From Candidatus Shapirobacteria bacterium (GTDB lineage: Bacteria > Patescibacteriota > Microgenomatia > 0-14-0-10-38-17): 64,000 nt of DNA. Of this stretch, positions 29,338 through 39,515 are shown one piece after another (within the stretch, counting starts at the first letter, position 1; the number at the start of each line of letters is the position of its first letter). The position numbers and the translations under genes were made by a program. The notes under the pieces were generated by a model, which did no database searches, was not told the DNA's origin, and was given only the letters and a program-made list of their open reading frames with translations. The stretch is from positions 45,512-109,511 of the forward strand of contig JAGPNC010000001.1 of the NCBI GenBank assembly GCA_018052565.1, read 5' to 3'.

Positions 29338-31314
29338 CTACGCCGTTGGCTTTCGCCATGAGGCCCACGAACACCGCGGGTAATTAGCGCAGCCATAAAA
29401 GCGTCTCCCTTTCTTGCTTCTTCTAACCACCACTTCGCCGCCGCATTTTGGACATTTTATCCCCAGTCTCTCATTATAAGCAGCAGTATATTTGCATTCC
29501 GGAAATCGGGAGCATGATAAAAATTTGCCAAAGCGCCCCGTTCTTACCACCATCTTTCCCTGGCCGCACTGGGGGCAAGCTTCTCCCGTTTCCTCAACTG
29601 GCACGGCGGTTCGTGGCGCTTCCTTGTCTACCTTTACTAATTTCTGAGAGAAAGGTTGATAAAAATGCTTGATTAAGTCCGTCCAACGCCTTTTGCCGTT
29701 AGCTACTTCATCAAGACCTTCCTCCATTTGCGCTGTAAAGGGTAAATCAACGATTTCGGGAAAATAATTTACTAAAAAATCGTTAACAGCTTCCCCTAAT
29801 GCCGTTGGCCTAAATATTCCTTCTTCCTTCTCAACATAATAACGATTTTCAACAGTGGTAATAATCGGCGCATAGGTTGAGGGGCGGCCAATCCCTTCTT
29901 TTTCTAAAACTGCAATCAAGCTTGCCTCGTTATAACGAGGCGGAGAATTAGTTTCTAACCTAATGGGGCTAAAACAAAAAGGGAAGATCTTTTCTCCTTT
30001 CTTTAAATCGGGAAAATTTGAATCTAAAAATTCCTTCCCCAAAATTTGGCGAAAGCCGGGAAAAATTAACTTTTGGCCAGAAGTTTCGAATAAATATAAT
30101 CCCCCTTTAATTTTGGCCGTTACCTTCTCAAAAATAGCCGGCGTCATTTGCGAGGCTACCGCTTGCCTCCAAATTAATTGATAAAGCTTCTCTTCCTGCC
30201 CGCCAAGATTAATTCCTTGACGATAAATATCAGTAGGACGAATCGCTTCGTGAGCCTCCTGCGCCACCCGGCTACGCGTTTTATAAACAACCGCCTCAGA
30301 AGGAAGAAAATTAGCGCCGTATTTTTCTAAAATTAAGGCTCTTATCTTTTCCACCGCCTCCTTGGCCAAGGTACTCGAATCGGTACGATGATAGGTAATT
30401 AAGCCTTGCTCGTAAAGATGTTGCGCTAACCTCATTGTTTGTGCGGAGGAAAAACCTAAAAGACGATTTGCGGCTTGTTGCATCGTCGAAGTAATCAAGG
30501 GAGGGGGAGGATAACGACGGCTTTCTTTTTTAATCACCTCTTCTACCCAAAAAGAGGAGTCAAAACAACTGCTCATAATTTCTAATACTTCCCTCTCGTT
30601 TTTAATCTTGCTGGAAGAAAAAGTATAATCACCCGCAAAAAGGGAAATTTTATGACGCTCTTCAATCTTCTCATCCTTAATAGCCACCAGTGAGGCGGGA
30701 AAAATCTCCCCGTCCTTTTTAAAACCACCCTCAAGCCGCCAATATTCTTGAGAAGAAAAATTCTTAATTTCTCTTTCTCGCTCGACAATCAAACGCACCA
30801 CGACTGATTGAACTCGGCCTGCCGATAAACCTCGTCTTATTTTTTTCCATAAAACTGGTGAAAGCTTATACCCCACTAACCGGTCCAAAACCCGCCGGGC
30901 CGTTTGGGCGTCAACAAGGGCAAGATTAATTTCGCCTGCTTGTTTAATCGCTCCCCTCACCGCCTCGGAAGTAATCTCATGAAAACTAACCCGGGCAAAG
31001 CTCTTCGCTTTATCGCCGGGCGGTTGGCACAACACCATTACCTGGTAGGCAATTGCCTCTCCCTCCCGATCCGGATCAGAAGCCAGAAAAACCTTTTCTG
31101 CCTTTTTGGCGCTCTTTTTAATCTCGCCAATAATTTTTTCCTTGCCGGGAAGAATTTCATATTGAGGAGCAAAACCATTCTCAACATCTACTCCTAATTT
31201 ACTTTTAGGTAAATCACGAAGATGGCCTTTAGTGGCCAAAACCTGGTATTCCTTCCCTAAAAAGCGCTCCAGCGTCCGCGCCTTGGTCGGTGACTCAACA
31301 ATAATAAGATTCAT
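29338..31314 (-). CDS. topA: DNA topoisomerase I
   Basis: Toprim MNLIIVESPTKARTLERFLG. Active-site region. C-terminal Cys4 zinc ribbons (CPQCGQG, CPKCGG). Confidence 0.9.
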   Translation of the reverse strand: MNLIIVESPTKARTLERFLGKEYQVLATKGHLRDLPKSKLGVDVENGFAPQYEILPGKEKIIGEIKKSAKKAEKVFLASDPDREGEAIAYQVMVLCQPPGDKAKSFARVSFHEITSEAVRGAIKQAGEINLALVDAQTARRVLDRLVGYKLSPVLWKKIRRGLSAGRVQSVVVRLIVEREREIKNFSSQEYWRLEGGFKKDGEIFPASLVAIKDEKIEERHKISLFAGDYTFSSSKIKNEREVLEIMSSCFDSSFWVEEVIKKESRRYPPPPLITSTMQQAANRLLGFSSAQTMRLAQHLYEQGLITYHRTDSSTLAKEAVEKIRALILEKYGANFLPSEAVVYKTRSRVAQEAHEAIRPTDIYRQGINLGGQEEKLYQLIWRQAVASQMTPAIFEKVTAKIKGGLYLFETSGQKLIFPGFRQILGKEFLDSNFPDLKKGEKIFPFCFSPIRLETNSPPRYNEASLIAVLEKEGIGRPSTYAPIITTVENRYYVEKEEGIFRPTALGEAVNDFLVNYFPEIVDLPFTAQMEEGLDEVANGKRRWTDLIKHFYQPFSQKLVKVDKEAPRTAVPVEETGEACPQCGQGKMVVRTGRFGKFLSCSRFPECKYTAAYNERLGIKCPKCGGEVVVRRSKKGRRFYGCANYPRCSWASWRKPTA

Positions 31315-31371
31315 AAAAAATAAGACTTGTTTTAAACTTTTTACTTTTGACTTTTGGCCTTTAATTATTAT

Positions 31372-32601
31372 CTATCCCCTTCCCCATTTGCCTCCACCTA
31401 AATTCTTAGCCATCCCTTTGATCTCTAATAGCCCCAAAACAGCATTAACTTTTTCTGCCGGCCAAGCCGCCTTTTTAATTATCTCATCAACCGTCAAATT
31501 TTCCCGCCAAAGAAAATCAATAATTATTTTTTCATCGGGAGATAAATTTTCGGAAGTAATTTTTTTCAAAGGCTTTTTCCCTTTTAAATTAAATTCCTCT
31601 AAAACATCCTCGGCACTGCTAACTAATTTTGCCCCATTCTTCAGAAGAAAAAGTGGGCCAGCGCAAAGAGGATAAGTAATTGGGCCAGGGACAGCAAACA
31701 CTTCCCGCCCAAAATCAGCTGCCAGAGAAGCAGTGATTAATGACCCCGACTGCCGCGCTCCTTCGGTCACCAAAACCCCCTCTGATAAACCGGCGATAAT
31801 TCGATTTCGGGAAGGAAAATTGCCCGGCAAGGGCGGCATTCCTGCCGGAAATTCGGAAATAATCAAGCCTTTTTGGGCAATTTCTTCGCTTAACTGATAA
31901 GCTTGGGGGGGATAAATCATATCAATACCACAGCCTAAAACGGCAATTGTTTTCCCTCCTCTTTTTAAAGCCGTCTGATGAGCCAAAGAATCAACTCCCC
32001 AAGCTAACCCCGAAACAATCACCAAACCTGCTTCCGCTAGCTCTTGAACCAATAAGCTTGTTACCTGCCGACCATAAGCAGTTATCCTCCTAGTTCCTAC
32101 CACCCCTAAGGAAGGCCAAGAAAAAAAATCTTTCTTCTCAAAAACTTCACTTTGTCGTCCTTTAAGATAAATTAAAAAAGGGGGCGAATCAATTTCTTTC
32201 AAAAGAGGAGGATAAAATTCATCTGCCAAGGTTAAGGGCCAAACTGGTTTATTTGCTTCTCTTAAATACTCGCCTTTCCTTTTAACCCAAGAGTAATCTT
32301 TCTCCTGCTCTTGATTATTAAAACCAAATTTTTCTCCCTGCCACAATTTGCCCAAGATTAATTTCTCAAAATATTCTTCGGGGGAAAAATGCCGACGAAA
32401 GTCTAAAAATCGTCTCGTTAGCTTCTCTCCTAAATTAAGCCGCCACCATTCTTCCTCTCTGGCTTTCCACGCCAAACGCGCTTGGCCAAAGTAACGCAAA
32501 ATAACCAAAAACTTTTGGGGTCCAATCCCCTGAAAAACATTAAAAGCGACCCAATAGGGACGATCCTCATTAATACTAATTTCTTTAAAATCAAGTGTCA
32601 T
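31372..32601 (-). CDS. dprA: DNA processing protein DprA/Smf with N-terminal extension
   Basis: Rossmann-like core LGVVGTRRITAYGRQVTSLLVQELAEAGLVIVSGLAWGVDSLAHQTAL. Classic dprA-topA adjacency. Confidence 0.8.
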   Translation of the reverse strand: MTLDFKEISINEDRPYWVAFNVFQGIGPQKFLVILRYFGQARLAWKAREEEWWRLNLGEKLTRRFLDFRRHFSPEEYFEKLILGKLWQGEKFGFNNQEQEKDYSWVKRKGEYLREANKPVWPLTLADEFYPPLLKEIDSPPFLIYLKGRQSEVFEKKDFFSWPSLGVVGTRRITAYGRQVTSLLVQELAEAGLVIVSGLAWGVDSLAHQTALKRGGKTIAVLGCGIDMIYPPQAYQLSEEIAQKGLIISEFPAGMPPLPGNFPSRNRIIAGLSEGVLVTEGARQSGSLITASLAADFGREVFAVPGPITYPLCAGPLFLLKNGAKLVSSAEDVLEEFNLKGKKPLKKITSENLSPDEKIIIDFLWRENLTVDEIIKKAAWPAEKVNAVLGLLEIKGMAKNLGGGKWGRG

Positions 32602-32792
32602 TGCTGTAATACTACCATCTTGGCCAAAATTGAAATCAAATAATCTTAATTAAAAAGTCAAAATTTTTAGTGCAAAATGCAAATAGCAAAGAGCAAAACC
32701 TAGATCAAAGTTCAAAAATGTTCTAAAGTTTTGGTCTTTGAGCTTGGTTTTGCATTTTGATTTTTTTATTGCACTTGATATTTAATACTTTT

Positions 32793-34406
32793 TTATTTTT
32801 CTCCAAAGTATTCTGCTAAAATCTCGCGAGCGATGGGAGCGGCTTGCTTTGAACCTTCTCCCCCTTCTTCTAAAAAGACAGTAACTGAGATTTCTGGTTT
32901 ATCCACTGGAGCAAAAACAGCAAACCAAGCGTGGGTGCTTTCTTCGCCCATCTCTGCTGTTCCTGTTTTGCAGGCAACTTTGTTTTCTTCTCCCCTTACT
33001 TTAAAATCAAAAAAAGGATAGGCCGTACCTCCTACTCCATCAGCCGATAAGGCGGGAGAGCAGGCTTCTCTCATTCCTTCAACAACCAAGTCAAGGTTCT
33101 CTTTTTTTAGAGAAAGAGGGGAGCATTTTTTTTCAACCGGTGGTTCTCCTTCTTTCTCCATGACCACGTGCGGCACACAAAGATTACCGCCGTTAGCAAA
33201 AACATTGGTCATCGTATTTACCTGAAGGGGGGTAAGCGCCAAATCCCCTTGGCCAATAGCAAAATGATAAGTGTTTCCTAAAAACCAATCTTCTCCTTTG
33301 GTTTCTTTCTTCCACTGCGGCGAGGGTACTAGACCGGCAACCTCCGCAGGTAAATCAATTCCCGTTTGTCGGTCAAGATTAAAATTTTTAGCCCAAAAGG
33401 AAAGCTTTTCTGCCCCTAATTTTTCTCCCACTCTATAGAAAAAAACATCATTTGACCGCTTTATGGCGGTGATAAGATCAATTGCTCCCTCTTTTTTGCC
33501 ATACTGTAAAAAATACCAATTAGCATAACGAAAATTACCAACTTCAATTACCCCCGTATCCTCAATTTTTGTCTGGCCATCAATTACTCCTTCTTCTAGG
33601 GCCGCCACCGCCGTTACCAATTTAAAAATAGATCCCGGCGGAAAACGCGCCGAAATGGCACGATTCAAGAAGGGATTACGGCTATCATCCAAAAGCGCCT
33701 CAATTCTTCCCTCATCTCGTTTATAAGTAAAAAGGTTAGGATCGAAAGAAGGGGAAGAAACTAAAGCCAACACCTCCCCATTTTGGGGATTAGTTACCAC
33801 TATTGCTCCCCTTTTTTCTCCTAAGAGAGAAGCTGCTTTTTTCTGAAGTTTTGAAGAAATAGCCAGAACGAGATCTTTGCCAGGCTTTGCTTCTTGCCGG
33901 CCAATTTCTCGCAAGTTGTTTCCCTTTATATCAGTTTCTACCAAGCGTTTTCCCGCTTCACCTCTTAACCAACATTCATACTCTTCCTCCACGCCTCCTC
34001 TCCCTCTCCAATCATCAGGGGAATAAGAACCACAGTCCTTATTCCCCTTCAACTCTTCTTTGCTTACCGGCCCTAAATACCCCAAAAGATGAGCAAAAGA
34101 GGGCCCGAGAGGATAGTAGCGCCGGTAAACTAATCTTGTTTCCTGGTTATTTATCTTACTCTTTAGGTACTCTTCCCGACTAATTACCATTTCTCTCCGA
34201 AAATATTGAGGGGAATCAATTGCCAAAGGTTCGCGATCGCGATCAAAAATTATCCCGCGCGGAGGGGGAATTTCTTCCATCACTAAGCGATTTTCTTCGG
34301 CCATAGTCTGGTATTTCCCCCTCAAAACAATAGTGAGATAAAAAAGGCGGCCTATTAAAAGAAAGAGCAAACCAAAAATTAAAAAGCGTAAGACCTTTTT
34401 AGCCAT
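32793..34406 (-). CDS. mrdA: Penicillin-binding protein 2 (class B transpeptidase)
   Basis: N-terminal TM. SxxK (SIFKLVT). KTGT motif (ACKTGTAEM). Downstream of mreBCD. Confidence 0.8.
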   Translation of the reverse strand: MAKKVLRFLIFGLLFLLIGRLFYLTIVLRGKYQTMAEENRLVMEEIPPPRGIIFDRDREPLAIDSPQYFRREMVISREEYLKSKINNQETRLVYRRYYPLGPSFAHLLGYLGPVSKEELKGNKDCGSYSPDDWRGRGGVEEEYECWLRGEAGKRLVETDIKGNNLREIGRQEAKPGKDLVLAISSKLQKKAASLLGEKRGAIVVTNPQNGEVLALVSSPSFDPNLFTYKRDEGRIEALLDDSRNPFLNRAISARFPPGSIFKLVTAVAALEEGVIDGQTKIEDTGVIEVGNFRYANWYFLQYGKKEGAIDLITAIKRSNDVFFYRVGEKLGAEKLSFWAKNFNLDRQTGIDLPAEVAGLVPSPQWKKETKGEDWFLGNTYHFAIGQGDLALTPLQVNTMTNVFANGGNLCVPHVVMEKEGEPPVEKKCSPLSLKKENLDLVVEGMREACSPALSADGVGGTAYPFFDFKVRGEENKVACKTGTAEMGEESTHAWFAVFAPVDKPEISVTVFLEEGGEGSKQAAPIAREILAEYFGEK

Positions 34407-34408
34407 TT

Positions 34409-34693
34409 TTACTCCGGTAACCTTAAACGATCGCTTCCCTTTCCCCTACTAAGATTTCCTCTTAAAAAAACCACAAAAAAAGCAATCGCCAAATTAATTA
34501 GCGCCCACTTCCCCAAGTGGCCCATTAGCAAAAAATCCAAAAGAAGACCCGCCCAAAAAGCAGCGGCAATGATTTTCTCCCCCTGAAAATAGGCCAAAAT
34601 TGCCACGAAAATTGGCAGCAAAAGCTTTCCTCCCCAAATAACCTCAAGCAGAGTTATTAAAAATAAAATTAAGAACCGAACAAGGCTAATCAT
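34409..34693 (-). CDS. mreD: MreD-like small membrane protein
   Basis: 94 aa with 3 TM segments. Position between mreC and mrdA. Confidence 0.45.
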   Translation of the reverse strand: MISLVRFLILFLITLLEVIWGGKLLLPIFVAILAYFQGEKIIAAAFWAGLLLDFLLMGHLGKWALINLAIAFFVVFLRGNLSRGKGSDRLRLPE

Positions 34694-35445
34694 TTGATCA
34701 CAAAAACATAAACTATTTCTGTCAAAGGAGTTTCCCTCTTAACTCTGGCTTCCTTAAAAACTTTATCTTGACTTTCTTTCACTTCCGCTACTTCCCCCAA
34801 CAAAATGCCATTTGGGCCGCCAAGAAGGGAGATCAAATCGCCGCTCTCTACTACCTCTTCTCTTAAAATTTCCTTAATTACTCCTCCTTTCAAAACCCCC
34901 TTCCCCTTTTGGCAGGTATCCTCAATGCCATCCTGCCCCAAACAGCTGCCCTTATTAGCAAAAATCAAAACCGGCACAATAAACCGAGAAGAATCTGACC
35001 GCAAAACTTGACTCCGTTTCTTCTCAACCTTAAAAACTTTACCCACTAAAAAATTATCCGCCAAAACCAATTGTTCATTTTTGATCCCCGCCTCTTCTCC
35101 TTTATCAATAATGAAAAAATCCTCCTCTTGGCTAATTACTTTGGCATCAATAAAACCTAAATCTTCCGGCAAAGGGAGCTGGAGAAGACGACGAAGCCGG
35201 CGGTTCTCTCCCTCAAGCTGTTCTTGGCCTAGAAGCTGGCTCTGACAAAAAGCTAATTTCTGGCGAAATTCCTGCTCTTCTTTAGGCAGAGTTAATTTTT
35301 GCTTTTCCTGTCTAAAACCACCCAAGAGGGGGTTAAAAAAAGAGGCAGAAAAATTCTTCGCTGGCTGAAAAATAGGCGTAAAATCCAAAATAAAGATCGC
35401 TGCCGTGATAATCAATATCAGGTATTTCTGTTTCTCCTTCCTCAT
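34690..35445 (-). CDS. mreC: Rod shape-determining protein MreC
   Basis: N-terminal TM, coiled-coil, beta-rich C-terminal domain. Operon position after mreB. Confidence 0.6.
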   Translation of the reverse strand: MRKEKQKYLILIITAAIFILDFTPIFQPAKNFSASFFNPLLGGFRQEKQKLTLPKEEQEFRQKLAFCQSQLLGQEQLEGENRRLRRLLQLPLPEDLGFIDAKVISQEEDFFIIDKGEEAGIKNEQLVLADNFLVGKVFKVEKKRSQVLRSDSSRFIVPVLIFANKGSCLGQDGIEDTCQKGKGVLKGGVIKEILREEVVESGDLISLLGGPNGILLGEVAEVKESQDKVFKEARVKRETPLTEIVYVFVIK

Positions 35446-35494
35446 TGCTTAATTTTTTATAAAGTTATCTTAGCTTAAGACAAACACTGTCTTT

Positions 35495-35640
35495 TGAATT
35501 ATTCTAATTATCCTAATTAATCTAATTTCCAAAAGAAATCCCAAATGCTAAAATCCCAAATCCAAAATGGTTTCTTAACCTTCTTTTTTTTAGGGTTTTG
35601 GTTTTGGGTATTTTTTAGGTCAATTAAAATAATTTGAAAC
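35495..35640. repeat. Palindromic MITE-like intergenic repeat, copy C (between mreB and mreC)
   Basis: GAATTATTCTAATTATCCTAATTAATCTAATTTCC...GGTTTTGGGTATTTTTTAGGTCAATTAAAATAATTTG. Confidence 0.65.
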
Positions 35641-35756
35641 AACTTTTGTCCTAATTACTAATTACTTATTACGAGTCACAAACTACCGGCTACGAGTTAC
35701 TTGCTACACTACTCTTTTAATCTAATCTCGTAATCTAATAATCTAGTGGCTTTCGC

Positions 35757-36794
35757 CTATAGTTCTATTTTTACCCGCTCTCTTAACTTAGGGTTATCTA
35801 GTAATTTCGCTCCCCCCAAAACTACCGCCGCTTGGGGATCGGGGGCAACAAAAACTGGCATTTTAATTTCTTGAGAAAAAAAGTTGGCTATACGAGAAAG
35901 CCCAGCCACTCCCCCGCACAAGGTAACTCCTCGCTCCAAAAAATCATCCATTAATTCCGGAGGCGATTCTTCAATCACTTCGCTTATTTGGCCGGCAATC
36001 TGATTAAGTACCGGCGCAATCGCCTCTCGCACCTCTTCCGAGCTAACCTTAACCGAAAGAGGCAAGCCAGTTTCTAAGCTTCGCCCGCGCACTACCATCA
36101 GCCTCTCTTTCTCTAAGGGTAAGGCGCTCCCTATGTTAATTTTAATCTCCTCCGCTGTTGTCTCGCCAATTAAAAGAGAGTATTTTAGTCTCAAGAAATT
36201 GACTAACGCCTTATCCATTCTATAGCCCGCTGTCCTTAAAGAGCGGTTTAAAACAATCCCCCCTAAAGAAATAACCGCAATTTCCGTTGTTCCTCCGCCA
36301 ATATCACAAATCAAAACCCCCCCGGGTTGCTCTACCGGCAAATCCGCCCCTATTGCTGCCGCCAATGGTTCTTCTATCAAAAAGCAGTTTCCTGCTCCTG
36401 CCTCAAGAGTGGCCTCCAAAACCGCCCGCCTTTCTACTTCGGTGGAGCCTGAGGGAGTTCCCACTACCACCAAAGGCTTAAAAAAAGCGTGCCAAATTTT
36501 TCCCTCCGGAGTTAATTGTTCTAAATAGTAGCTAATCATTGCCCGAGCGGCGTCAAAATCAGCGATCACCCCTTCATGTAAAGGATAAAATGCTTCGATT
36601 GTTTGGGGAGTCTTACCAATCATTTTTTTTGCCTCTTCCCCAACAGCCACAATCGCACCATCCCTTTTCTGTCTCGCTACTACCGAAGGCTGGCGAAAAA
36701 CAATCCCCTTCCCTTTTTGATAAACTAAAGTATTCGCCGTCCCTAAATCAATCGCTAATTTTTGTGAAAAACGGTCTTTTAAAAAGCTGAGCAT
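35757..36794 (-). CDS. mreB: Rod shape-determining actin homologue MreB
   Basis: LAIDLGTANTLVY phosphate-1 motif. DIGGGTTE phosphate-2 motif. Confidence 0.9.
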   Translation of the reverse strand: MLSFLKDRFSQKLAIDLGTANTLVYQKGKGIVFRQPSVVARQKRDGAIVAVGEEAKKMIGKTPQTIEAFYPLHEGVIADFDAARAMISYYLEQLTPEGKIWHAFFKPLVVVGTPSGSTEVERRAVLEATLEAGAGNCFLIEEPLAAAIGADLPVEQPGGVLICDIGGGTTEIAVISLGGIVLNRSLRTAGYRMDKALVNFLRLKYSLLIGETTAEEIKINIGSALPLEKERLMVVRGRSLETGLPLSVKVSSEEVREAIAPVLNQIAGQISEVIEESPPELMDDFLERGVTLCGGVAGLSRIANFFSQEIKMPVFVAPDPQAAVVLGGAKLLDNPKLRERVKIEL

Positions 36795-36915
36795 TATATA
36801 AAGTATAGCATCGGAAAGAAGAAGTAAGAAATGGTATAATTAACTATAAACAATCGCCAAGTGCTTTTTCGACAAAAATTATGATTTTTCTAATACTTAA
36901 TTTTGTCTACTAGCA

Positions 36916-37008
36916 GAAAATTCAAAAGTTAAAATTCAAAATTAAAACAGAAACTTTTAACTTTTTACTTGGAATTTTACATTTTCATTTTTGAATTTTG
37001 AATTTTTC
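36916..37008. repeat. Oligo-A/T-tract palindrome upstream of tRNA-Ala
   Basis: AAAATTCAAAAGTTAAAATTCAAAATTAAAAC ... TTTTACATTTTCATTTTTGAATTTTGAATTTTTC. Confidence 0.65.
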
Positions 37009-37052
37009 ATCATACTTAATACCTAATACTTAATACTTGATACTTTTTTTCT

Positions 37053-37129
37053 GGGCCCGTAGCTCAGTTGGCTAGAGCGTCCGCATGGCATGCGGAAGGT
37101 CAGGGGTTCAACTCCCCTCGGGTCCACCA
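37053..37129 (+). tRNA. tRNA-Ala (GGC)
   Basis: Cloverleaf: acceptor GGGCCCG/CGGGTCC with the G3:U70 Ala identity pair. Anticodon loop ATGGCAT. T-arm GGGGTTCAACTCCCC. Encoded CCA. Confidence 0.9.
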
Positions 37130-37317
37130 CATAAAGAAACAAAAGGTATTGCCAAATAGCCTTCCAAACTAGCTGATATCCTCTATAAAAAATGATAAAG
37201 CTAAGGATAGGCAGTAATTACCGACCTCCAATTAACATAATAACTTCGGGGGGCAAACAGGATCTTCCTTCCGTGCTGTTGTTGACGATTTTTATTAAAA
37301 AATTGTAGAATAAGTTT

Positions 37318-38376
37318 ATGAACGATTATAGCGACTACAAAGAAAGAAAATATTTATCTTCTACAGAAGCAGCAAGATATTTAGATATCTCTGTAGGAAT
37401 GTTACATAATTTGGTCAGGGTAAATAAGATTAAATGTTTTATCGCCGGAAGTGGGCAAAAACGCTTTAATCTAAAGAATTTAAAAAAATATGAAACGAGT
37501 AAACCAAATAAAAAAGTAAAAGAGAAAAAAAAAGAAATATTAATAGAAAATATAGTCAACATTAATAATACTACTCAGAAAATCTTTATTAAAAATGCGA
37601 TGGATATGAGTGAACTAAAAGATGACTCTGTCCATTTAATGATTACTTCGCCTCCTTATTTTGACGCAAAAATGTACACCAAAAAACCTATTAAAAATGA
37701 TTTAGGCAATATACATAATCTTGATGAATGGTTTAAAAAAATTGGCATTGTTTGGAAAGAAGTTTTTAGAGTTTTACAACCGGGGAGAAAAGCATTTATA
37801 AATATTATGAATTTGCCTATAAGAGATAATGGCGGTTTTAAATCTCTAAATTTAGTCGGTAGGACAATAGATACAATGGAAAAAATAGGTTTTATTTTCA
37901 AACGAGATATTGTGTGGCACAAAACAAACGGGGTGAGAGCAAATTTCGGGACCTATCCATACCCTGGCGGTATTCTAATAAATAATATGCATGAGTTTGT
38001 TCTGGAATTTAATAAACCAAACAAGAAAGGATTTAATAAATATGGACATTTGACAAAAGAGCAAAAAGAAGCATCCAGGCTCGATAAAGAATTTTGGCTT
38101 TCTATAAAAAACACTGATGTCTGGTTAATGAAGCCGCGAAACAGTGGAGATAGCCGAACCCATGTTGCTCCGTTTCCTTACGAGTTACCATATAGAATCA
38201 TCAAGGCGTTTACTTTTATCGGAGAAGTGGTCTTAGATCCGTTTCTTGGCAGTGGCACCTCGCTAGAAGTAGCCGCAGATTTAAAAAGAAATGGCATAGG
38301 ATATGAAATTGTCCCTGAAATTGCTGAAACTGCAATTAAAAATTTGAATCAACATCAGAATAAACTATTTACTTAA
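37318..38376 (+). CDS. DNA methyltransferase (beta-class N4-C/N6-A, SPPY motif) with N-terminal excisionase-type HTH
   Basis: Motif IV TSPPYFDAK is followed much later by motif I DPFLGSGTSLEVA, the beta-class order. N-terminal residues 14-60 resemble an HTH_17/MerR-like DNA-binding domain. About 30% GC, so AT-rich. Confidence 0.8.
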   Translation: MNDYSDYKERKYLSSTEAARYLDISVGMLHNLVRVNKIKCFIAGSGQKRFNLKNLKKYETSKPNKKVKEKKKEILIENIVNINNTTQKIFIKNAMDMSELKDDSVHLMITSPPYFDAKMYTKKPIKNDLGNIHNLDEWFKKIGIVWKEVFRVLQPGRKAFINIMNLPIRDNGGFKSLNLVGRTIDTMEKIGFIFKRDIVWHKTNGVRANFGTYPYPGGILINNMHEFVLEFNKPNKKGFNKYGHLTKEQKEASRLDKEFWLSIKNTDVWLMKPRNSGDSRTHVAPFPYELPYRIIKAFTFIGEVVLDPFLGSGTSLEVAADLKRNGIGYEIVPEIAETAIKNLNQHQNKLFT

Positions 38377-38390
38377 TTAATAATAAAAAT

Positions 38391-39515
38391 ATGGTAATCG
38401 ATGCAAAAACAATATATGCCCAATCGAGTGATATTAAATCTAGAACATATCTAGAGTATCGCAAAGATATGAAACAAAAAGCTATTGCTGAGTTAGAAGT
38501 TTTACCGTGGCTTAAGAAAAAAATTCGCCAAAAGGATAAAAAAGCCGTTGTTGAAAAATTCGGAGGCGATAAGTTTATTTGGTTTTTAAGAAAAGGGGGA
38601 ATTACGAGAGAACCAGATTTTGTGGCAAAATATTCAAATAAGGAAACTAAATACGTTGAATTTCAATACGCAAAAAAAGAATTAAGCGCTTATGATTTTA
38701 AGATTTCTAAAATTGCTCCAAAAAACAGAACACTAAACAAGAGGGCCCCTAAAGACGATACAGAAATTTTATATGTCGTTAAGCCAACCTATGAGTTCGC
38801 AATTTTAAGTCCTGACTGGATAATTAAGAATTCAAAACAAGCTATTGCTTCTGCTTGGGGTAATGCTCCGGTATTCAGGGTACCAAAAGAAAAATTTAAA
38901 AAAGTTTTACAGAAAGATAAAGAATTGAAAGCTGTTTGTGACTTTATAGATAAAAAAATTTCGATCTTGGATTTCCAACATAAAACCATTGAAATGGAAG
39001 AGAACAAGCTTTCTTATCTTTTGCAACAAGTTATAGATGAAGAGAAAATCCTAAAAATAATTCCAAAAACCATAGATGGATTTTTTAAAGTTTGCTTTAT
39101 GCTCGACCACATCGAAAAGATTCCAACTAATGCAAATTTGTGGCTAGTATATATTTTATCCTTTTTAGACCAAAGTTTAAATTCTTATGAACTCTTTCGG
39201 TTAATTTATAGCTTAGATTTTCTTTATCAAAAAGTTGAATTAAAAACAAATGAACTTAGCAGATTAGTAAGGGGATTAAAAGAAATTAATAAGCAAGTTG
39301 AACGATTTTCAAATCCCGATGGTTCTTTTCGGTCAGATAAAACCATCGCTCCTCTGGAAGATACAAGATATTCACTTTTCATAATAAATATCCTTGAAGA
39401 TTTGACCCAAGATGTTCTGTATTACTATGGGAACAATATCAACCTAAGACCTATCACTAGGATATACCAAACCGTTCCGCAAATAAATAAAACTTTTCAA
39501 TTCGTCATGCAATAA
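38391..39515 (+). CDS. Uncharacterised protein, candidate restriction endonuclease partner of the upstream methyltransferase
   Basis: Starts 14 bp after the MTase stop on the same strand, with the same AT-rich composition. Possible PD-x9-ETK (PD-(D/E)xK-like) segment REPDFVAKYSNKETKYVEF. No other recognisable domain. Confidence 0.35.
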   Translation: MVIDAKTIYAQSSDIKSRTYLEYRKDMKQKAIAELEVLPWLKKKIRQKDKKAVVEKFGGDKFIWFLRKGGITREPDFVAKYSNKETKYVEFQYAKKELSAYDFKISKIAPKNRTLNKRAPKDDTEILYVVKPTYEFAILSPDWIIKNSKQAIASAWGNAPVFRVPKEKFKKVLQKDKELKAVCDFIDKKISILDFQHKTIEMEENKLSYLLQQVIDEEKILKIIPKTIDGFFKVCFMLDHIEKIPTNANLWLVYILSFLDQSLNSYELFRLIYSLDFLYQKVELKTNELSRLVRGLKEINKQVERFSNPDGSFRSDKTIAPLEDTRYSLFIINILEDLTQDVLYYYGNNINLRPITRIYQTVPQINKTFQFVMQ

